From: the human T2T-CHM13v2.0 reference genome, Homo sapiens
Direction: 5' to 3' (one strand)
DNA length: 64,000 bases
Assembly (NCBI RefSeq): GCF_009914755.1
Contig: NC_060947.1
Shown here: positions 55,965 to 64,000 of the stretch, piece by piece
How the letters are laid out: every line of letters begins with the position of its first letter
Numbering within the stretch: position 1 is the stretch's first letter
The notes under the pieces: model-generated
What the model saw: the letters and a program-made list of their open reading frames with translations, nothing else
Told to the model about the DNA's origin: nothing
The model's database searches: none
Program-made: the position numbers and the translations under genes

Positions 55965-58900
55965 TTAATACAGTGAAAACAGAGCTCCCATACAAAGGGA
56001 GGGGACCCAAAGGGGGAAGCCATTGTCCGCTCCAATGCCTGGGTTTATATCCCGATCATTGTCCCTCCCCCTGTGCTCTCAGACGATAGATGATTGGCTA
56101 TTTCTTTACCTCCTGTTTTAGCCTAATTAGCATTTTAGTGAGCTCTCTTTACTACCTGACTGGTCAGGTGTGAGTTAAGTTGCAAGCCCCGTGTTTAAAG
56201 GTGGATGTGGTCACCTTCCCAGCTAGGCTTAGGGATTCTTAGTTGGCCTAGGAAATCCAGCTAGTCCTGTCTCTCAGTGCCTCCTCTCAACAGGAAAATC
56301 CAAGTGCTGTTGGGGAGGTTGGCCAACGACTGCTCTAATGGCTTCCTGCTGAATTGGGGCATAGTAGGGGTCATGCAGTTGACATTTACTCAGGAGGGGT
56401 GGCTTCGATGTTATGAACATTGGATCATGGGTTGGCAGGCTGGTCCACGGGTCCGTGGTAGATCTTAGTCATGGACTGCATATGGGGCTCCATTTGAAGA
56501 ATGATTTGTAGTTTCACAGCTTCGATTCTGGAAGAGACAAACTTAACAAAGAGGTTAAAGATACAATGATTGAAATCTGCAGTGCAGGGGATTATTTCTT
56601 TGGCACACTTCACAGGCCCTGACTATCTGCTTGATAGTTTTGAAAAGGCCTGGTCCAGTAAATAATAATTTGGTCATGTGAAGTGTGCTATCAATTTCTA
56701 AGTGAAAGGTTTGGTGAAGAGTTTTAAGTAATTTCCTTTGGTTAGCTGCAGGCAAAAGTATTTTTTCTTCTTTGGTGGCTAGCCATTCTGAGGGGAGGAA
56801 ATTATGTCCTTGTGAGGTTCCCTATTCTATTTCTCCTCCTGAGTACTGGGGCTTGGTTTCCTGGATGTGATTACCCCATACTAGGGGTCCTTCTACAAGC
56901 ATTTCTAATGGAGGGTCCTGCCTTGCAGCTCTTTTGTCTTCAATATCCGCTTGGCAGTTCCCTTCTATTTCCCTTTCCTTTTCTTTACTTTCTGATGACC
57001 CAGCAGTGTAAGACTGCCACCTCTTTAGGTTTCTGTACAGCCAATAATAATCTCCTAATGGCTTCCTGATGTTTAATATGTGTTCCCTTGGAAGTTAGGA
57101 ATTCCCTTTCTCTACATATTGCTGCGTGGGCATGGAGGACTAGGTAAGCATACTTACAGTCTGTATATATATTTATCCTTTTTCCTTCTCCTAATTCTGG
57201 TGCCCAAGTGAGGGCTGTTATTTCTTCCAGCTGAGTGCTAGTTCCTGGAGTGAGGGGATTACTTTCAAGTATTCCATTATCACTGACTACTGCATACCTC
57301 ACATTTTGAAGTCCTTTTTCTACAAAGGAACTTCCATCAGTATACAAGTTGAGGTCAGGATCAGTCAAGGGAACCTCTAGAAGGTCCCCTCGAGTGGCGT
57401 AGGTTTGAGCAGTTACTTGTTGACAGTTATGTTCTATTTTTTCTTCATCGTCTGGAAGAAATGTGGCTGGGTTAAGAGTTGCACAAGTGCACAGTCACAG
57501 CACTGGCCCTTCAAGTAATAGGGCCTGATATTTAAGCAAATGGTTGTCTGACAGCCACAAGTCTCCTTCAGCAGTGAGTATGCCGTTCACATCATGAGAT
57601 GTCCACACAGTAAGATCTCTTCCCTGTATCATTTTAACTGTTTCAGATACTAAGACTGCTACTGCTGCCATTACCCATAAACAATGAGGCCAACCCTTTG
57701 TCACTACATCACTTTCCTTACTCAAGTATGCCACGGGTTGCAAGCTGGTCCCTCGGACTTGCGTAAGGACTCCTAGAGCTATTCTTGTTTTTTCTGTGAC
57801 ATATAAAGAAAAGTCTTGCCCCATTGGCAAGCTTAACACTGAGGCTTGGGGTAGGGCCTTCTTTAGGGCCTGGAAAGCCACTTCTGCTTCAAATGTCCAT
57901 CTTAATAAATGGGTATTGGCTTTCTGAGTTTTCTTAATTAGTGTATATAATGGTCTGGCTATTTTGCCGTACCTGGGAATCCATATTTGGCAGAAGCCTG
58001 TTATGCCAAGGAACCCTCTTATTTGCTTTAGGGTTTTGGGATAAGGATAAGTCAGTATAGGCTGGATACTTTCCTCACTGAGGGCCCTGTTGCCTTTGGA
58101 TAATTTTAGCCATAAGTATTTAACCTGCTGTGAGCAGAGCTGAGCCTTTGGTTTGGAAACCTTGTAGCCACAGGTGGCAAGGAGATTTAAGAGTGCTTGG
58201 GTGGCTTGATGGCACAAGGTTTCTGAACAGGAGGCTAAAAGTAAATCATCCAGGTACCGAAGGACAAGAGTGTCCAGGTATGAGAGCTGGCTCAAGTCTT
58301 GGGATAATGCCTGGCCAAATAGATGGGGGCTCTCCCTGAACCCTGGGGGTAAAACAGTCCAGGTGAGTTGAGACATTGGGTTCAAAGGATCTTCAAAGGC
58401 AAACAAGAATTGAGATTCAGGATGTACAGGGATGCAGAAAAAGGCATCCTTAAGGTCCAGGACTGTAAACCACTCTGCTTCCTCTGGTATTTGGGAAAGC
58501 AGAGTATAAGGGTTACATACAGCTGGGTATAGAGGACAACGGCCTCATTGATAATCCTGAAATCTTGAACTAACCTCCACTGTCCTTTGGGTTTCTGTAC
58601 TCCTAAAATTGGAGTATTGCAGGGGCCATTGCATGGTTTTACTAGGCCTTGGGCTTTTAGGTCCTTAACAATCTTTTGGAGTCCTTGTTGGGCCTCGGGT
58701 CTGAGTGGGTACTGCCTTTGGTAGGGAAAGGAGGTGGAATCCTTTACTTTAACTTGAACAGGATGGGCATTCTTTGTTCATCCATATTGTCCCTCTGTTG
58801 CCCAGACTCCAGGATTAATTCCTTCATCAAGCAGGGGACAACAAATGGGTGTTCCTTCTCGTATGTTCAGGTGTATAATAGTCCCTGCTTTTGCTAGAAT

Positions 58901-61900
58901 GTCTCTCCATAACAATGGAGCGGGGCATTCAGGCATAATTAGAAAAGCATGTGAAAAGAGTAAAGTTCCCCTGTCACAATTTAGTGTCTGGGAGAAGTAT
59001 CTAGTGACTGGCTGTCCTAGGACCCCTCGGATAGTGACAGATCTGGAGGACAGTTTTCCAGGACAGGAGAGTATGGCTGAGAAGGCTGCACCAGTGTCCA
59101 GGAGATAGTTAACCTCCTAACCCTCAATGGTCAAGCATACCCGGGGCTCTGTGAGGGTGATGGCATGGGCTGGCACTTGCCCCGGGCAACCTCAGTCCTG
59201 CTGCTGGATCACCTGGTTAGTGGCTTCTAAGTCAGAGGTCCTTCATCCCCTGGGGCAGTGGGCCTTCCAGTGATTCCCTTGACATAAGGGGCATGGACGA
59301 GGGGGTGGCTTATTTCTATTCAATCTTTTTTAAAGTGTCCTTGTAGATTGTGCTGGAAGCAAGCCCTATTAGGCATTCAATTTGACCAGCCTTTCCGTGT
59401 TCCAGAGCCTCCAAAGTCCACTTGCCTGAGGGCCATGACTAAAGCAGTGGCCTTTTTCTTATCTCATTTGTCCTGTTCCACCTGCTCCTCCTGATCTCTA
59501 TTATAAATATCTGAGGTTGCCAAGTTCAATAGGGTTTCTAAGTTTTGCTCCAGGCCTAAGGTGGACTTCTGAAGTTTCTTTCTAATGTCTTCAGCTGACT
59601 GAGTGATAAACTTATCCTTTAATATTAGTTGGCCTTCAATAGAGTCAGGTGACAGAGAGGTATGCTTTCTCAATGCCTCCCTTAGTCTCTCCAGAAAGGC
59701 AGTGGGATTTTCTTCTTTTCCCTGTGTTATAGCGGACATCATTGAATAATTCATAGGCTTCTTCTTAGTTTTCCTTAGTCCTTCTAGCATGCAAGTTAGC
59801 TAATGTCTGCAGCACCAACCTCCATGTTCTGATTCTGTGTCCCAGTGAGGTTCTACATTGGGAACTGCCTGCTGGCCCGTGGAGAATTGTTCCTTCCTCT
59901 GTTGTCATCCTATCATTGACCTGACTGAGATACCAGAGATTGCCAAACTCTCAAGCTGCAATTATGGCAGCACTTCTTTCATTTGGGGTTAGTGTCTGAT
60001 CTAGCAGTCACATTATATCTCCCCATGTCAGATCAAAGGATTGTCCTAACTCTTGTGAAACATCAATATAGCCATCAGGGTTATCTGAGAATTTACCTAA
60101 GTCTATTTTAATTTGCTTCAAGTCTGAGAGGGAAAAAGGTACATACACCCTGGCTGGGCCGAATTCTCCAGAATACATCTTAGGGGTGTTTTTGCCTTGG
60201 GGGGAACGTTTCTCATCTGAAAAAGGAACATAGGGATGCCAGCACCCCTAGTCATTTTCCAATGAGCATTAGTCCTAGAGTGTCCTCTATGGTCCTAATG
60301 CTTATTCCTTTCCAAGGTGCATAACCACCCATGGACATCTGCTTATTAGATTAGTTACACTTACTGATGTAGCAGTCTTGCACCTCTTTTCCCACCTTTT
60401 CTGACCACAAAGAAAGGGGTCCGGGCTGCTGGATTCTAGTGGTCCTTTTCCAGCATGCCCGACATTGCCTTTGGGCTCAGGGTGAGTTCTAGAGCTGGGC
60501 TGGGTTCCTGAGTATTTCATAATAACCCAGTTGCCCCATCAAGATGCATTCCTACAAACAACAGTTCTTATGCAAATTCATTTCAGAGAGGGTGTGGGTA
60601 ATCTTTTGAGTCAGGATTGAGATAGAGGTTTTTGATTCTGTAAGTACTTTAAAGCTTGACTGAGTGCAAACAGCTCACACATTTGAATAGACCAATTATT
60701 AGGCAATTTACTTAACTCTGCCTCTACAACAGTTTCCCTCAATTATTGAATACCCATTGTGTTTTTTTCTCAATCACCTGGGAGGAACCATCTATTGTCC
60801 TGTCCTGAAGGAGTTCCTCCTAGGTCTGGTCAGACCTTTGTATGGTAATTAAGATTTAAATTCCCTGTTAGGAAATCTTCTGGGTTAAGGGAATTTTCAG
60901 TGGTTAATGTAAAATTATCTTTTTCAAACAGAATAGCCCCATACTTTAAGATTTTTGAGTTAGTAAGCTACCCTTTTTGCTTTTTTGACTTAGGATAACT
61001 CTGAACTAGTGAGGTGTGCTCACAATGAGGTTTCCTCTAAAGGCTAATTTTTTACTTTCTTCTGTTAGTAAAGCAGTTTCTGCTATGGATGGAATGCATT
61101 TGGGCCACCCACAAGTTCCTGGGTTAAGGATTTTTGATAGAAAGTCTACTGGTTGTCAGTGGCCTCAGTGCTTTTGGGCTATGCCCTTGTTTATGCTGAC
61201 AACAAAGTGGAATTGGAGTGTTATAGGGTCACAGAGAAAACCTTCAGCTATCAGTTATAGGTTTTAAATTTACCCTGGCTTTTAAAGAAATAGGGTACAC
61301 TGTTTTTTCTTTACTACTTCTATCTTTCTCTTTCTCTCTTTCTTTCTCCTTTCTGCCTTAGTAGATGGATTTTTGGAAACACAGCAGAAGGACATTCACT
61401 CATTGCCCCCATTTGCCACTATAGGAATATGCACCTCCCTTTAATTCACTCAATTTGCTTTCATCCTGATCTATTATGTTGTTGTAGACCCAGTTTCAGT
61501 TGTTAAAGTATTGGATTACTGGGTTATCAGTTCTAAGGCCCTGGCAAGGGTGGTGGGGAACAGGTCCCACATAAGTGCCCATATCGAGAGCTATATGCCT
61601 AAATTGGGTGGGACACCAGGGACAAGATTCCCTGGTTTTATAGCTTAGGGGCCTGAGGATGCAACATAGAGCTTCCTTAGATCCATTTGGAGATACAACC
61701 TGCTCTAATACTTGGGAGAGGAAGTGAAAGTCTGAAGCACTAGTATCTAGGAGACAGGGATCAGAGGAAGTAGATTCAGAGGTAAGGAGAATTTTGGGGC
61801 TACACTTTCAAGAAAGTCATGGTCAGGACCCAGGAGGTATGGTTCAGAGGGAGAGGTACGGGTGCACGCATGGGCGACTGTTGAGCAGAGACTTCTGGCT

Positions 61901-62742
61901 GTGCTATTATCTCAACTGGCTAATGCAGGGAGTTCAGGATGACAGCTTTCTGCCTCTAGTTGGCCCTCAGCTTCCCTAGGAAAATTCAAAGTGGAAGCTG
62001 GCTCCAGGAAGACCAACGCTCCCAACCCAGAAGGGTTGGGGTTTGTTAGAAAGCCCTTTCCCAGACAGCCTCACACCTGAGTCTTAAGTCAGGCAGCCAT
62101 GCTAATCATTTCTAACTGGCTGATAGGTGCCTGGTATTTTCCTCCAATTATAAGGAAGGATAGGACAGAATAGCAAGTGAAAGTGGTCCAATATTACTCA
62201 CTGCTTTGGAGGTCCCTTTGTGGTTGCCAAAATGTTACTGGCGGGGGGGCGGTTCTTGTTCTTAGAGCTCCCAAGATGGTGCAGACCACTTCCAAAATGG
62301 TGGCAAGCTTCTTGTTCTCTGACCCGGGGTTCTTGGCCTCACAGATTCCAAGGAATGGAATGTTGGGCCATGTGGTGAATGTTATAGCTCTCCTAGAAGC
62401 TGTGGGTCATGGAAGAGAACCGTGGAACCCAGCGAGTAGTGTTCAGCTCAATTAAGATGAACCCAGGCACTTAGCCAAGCAGGAACAATGGTGAGCCTTT
62501 AGCCCAATCAGGAGTGGCAATGGGCACCTCTCTGGATCAGAAGCACAGTGGACAACATGCTGGATCCAGAGGGATGGAAGTCAGTGGCGGGTCTGTGACA
62601 GTGACAAACAGCAGTGGTGGATGGCGAGCGAAAGCTCAGCTCAAGCCATAACAAACATGGACCAGAAGAGTGTGCAGTTGCAAGATTTAATAGAGTGAAA
62701 ACAGAGCTCCTTTAAAATGGGAGGGGACCCAAAGGGGGTTGC
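55965..62742 (-). mobile_element. HERV-W (HERV17/LTR17) copy with mRNA structure R-U5-leader-gag-pro-pol-(del IN/env)-U3-R
   Basis: 5' LTR is R-U5 only (62233-62742). PBS TGGCAACCACAAAGGGAC at 62212-62229. Gag CA 59464-59790. RT 57495-58406 (LPPGFRESP, YLDD). RNase H 56985-57368. Env tail 56425-56575. 3' LTR is U3-R only (55965-56276, starts TGAGAGACAGGACTAGCTGGATTTCCTAGGC). Confidence 0.95.
57495..58406 (-). pseudogene. HERV-W pol reverse transcriptase/tether fragment (303 codons open)
   Basis: LTWTVLPPGFRESPHLFGQAL..RYLDDLLL..GFLGITGFCQIWIP. Flanked by frameshifts, so not an intact pol. Confidence 0.9.
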
Positions 62743-63216
62743 TCAATTTTAGTCTTTTAACTTTGTTCTTCTACTTTAAACCTGTTTGGCTATTCTAGAT
62801 CTTATGTATTTGCAAATGATTATTGAGTCAGCTTTTCATTTTCTATAGCTTAACAATATTCAGTCTTCTAACTCAGGAATTTGATATATCTCTCCATTTA
62901 TTTTTGGTCTTTTAAATTTTCTCTCAGTAAATTTTTGTAGTCTAGAAATCAATGTACAGGATTGCACATCTTTAGTCAGATTAAACCCCTCAGTATTTTA
63001 TATTTTTATGCCATTGTAAATGTCAGTATGTTCAATTATTCCTTGCTGATATATTGACATTCAGTTGTATCTACATTGATCTGATATCCTTCAAACTTAT
63101 AAAATTTAGTTGTTACTTCTTGTTTCCTTTTTGCAGATTTCATATGATTTTCTACATAAATGGTTATGGCCTTTGTGAGTAAAGAGAGTTTTACTTCTTC
63201 TTTTACTCTCTGAATA

Positions 63217-63505
63217 TTATTTATTTATTTATTTGACAGGATCTTACTCTGTCACCCAGCCTGGGGTGCAGTGGTGGAATCATGGCTTACTACAGCATTG
63301 ACTTCTCAGGCTCAGATGATTCTCCCACCTCAGCCTCCCAAGTAGCTGGGACTACAGGTGCACACCACCAACCCATCTAATTTTTTGTAGGGACTGGCTT
63401 TTGCCATGGTGCCCAGGCTGATCTCAAACTCCTGGGCTCAAGTGATCTGCCTTCCTCAATCTCCCAAAGTGCTGGGATTATAGGCATGAGGCACCATGCC
63501 CGACC
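63217..63505 (-). mobile_element. AluJ
   Basis: Diverged dimeric Alu with CCTGGGCTCAAGTGATC and ATCATGGCTTACTACAGC AluJ diagnostics and an (ATTT)n tail. Confidence 0.9.
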
Positions 63506-63514
63506 ATGGATATG

Positions 63515-64000
63515 TTTTTTTTTTTTTTTAAGTATTTTAACTTTTTTGATGTAGGCACTTATAGCTGTAATCTTCCCTTTTAGTACTGATTCACTGTATC
63601 CCATCAGTTTTGGTATGTTGTGCTTTCATTTTTTCCAAGAAATTTTTCAATTTTCTTTTTAATTTCTTTATTGACCCACTGGTCATTCAGGATCATATTG
63701 TTTAATTTTCACGTTTGTATTATTTCCAAAATACTTCTGTTATTAATTTTAGTTTTATTCCTTTGTGGTCAGAGTAGATGCTCAATATTACTTCAATTTT
63801 TTTAATGTTTAAGACTTGAGTTGTGACCTAATATATGATCTGTTTCTGAGAATAATCTATGTGCTGAGGAAAAGAATGTGTATTCTGCAGCTCTTAGATG
63901 AAATGTTCTGTAAATATCTATTAGATCCATAGTGCAGGTTAAGTTTGTCTATAGTGCAGATTAACTCTGGTGTTTCTTTGTTGGTATTTTGTCTGGAAGA
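63515..64000 (-). mobile_element. L1M/L1MA ORF2 (EN-adjacent) fragment running off the window edge
   Basis: Similar to the decayed ORF2 at 24330-24720 (GTAGGCACTTATAGCTGTAA..TTTATTGACCCACTGGTCATTCAGG..GAATGTGTATTCTGCAG). Confidence 0.75.

Larger units (their letters stand above)
54310..63214 (-). mobile_element. Ancient L1 (L1MC/L1ME-like) 3' region, split by MLT1A and HERV-W (pieces 54310-54680, 55053-55964, 62743-63214)
   Basis: T-rich decayed L1 3'UTR and ORF2 end. ...CAGCTTTATAGTAA at 55964 continues as ...AACTTTGTTCTT after 62743. Confidence 0.7.

Noticed and set aside
56425-56613. Syncytin-like env gene
   Set aside because: Only the cytoplasmic tail remains. SU, fusion peptide, ISD and TM anchor are deleted.

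Overview
This is primate (human-like) genomic DNA made almost entirely of nested retroelements. I found no intact cellular gene, RNA gene or CRISPR array. Old L1 (L1P4/L1MA/L1M) scaffolds are interrupted by several L1PA copies (two near full-length, one with a twin-priming 5' inversion), Alus and MaLR proviruses (THE1A, MSTA). Three class I ERV remnants are also present: HERV-H lacking its 5' LTR, HERV-I 5'LTR-PBS(Ile)-gag, and a HERV-W copy with mRNA-type (R-U5...U3-R) structure. Two cellular mRNA retrocopies sit ~230 bp apart: a full-length SAR1A processed pseudogene and a ~2.4 kb UTR-like copy (parent tentatively FOXN3, from recall only). I see no support for a new biological system. The points of interest are rearrangement and insertion scars: a micro-inversion splitting MER20, a templated-insertion deletion junction, and HERV-W internal deletions. 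Subfamily names are by-eye recognition, not RepeatMasker output.
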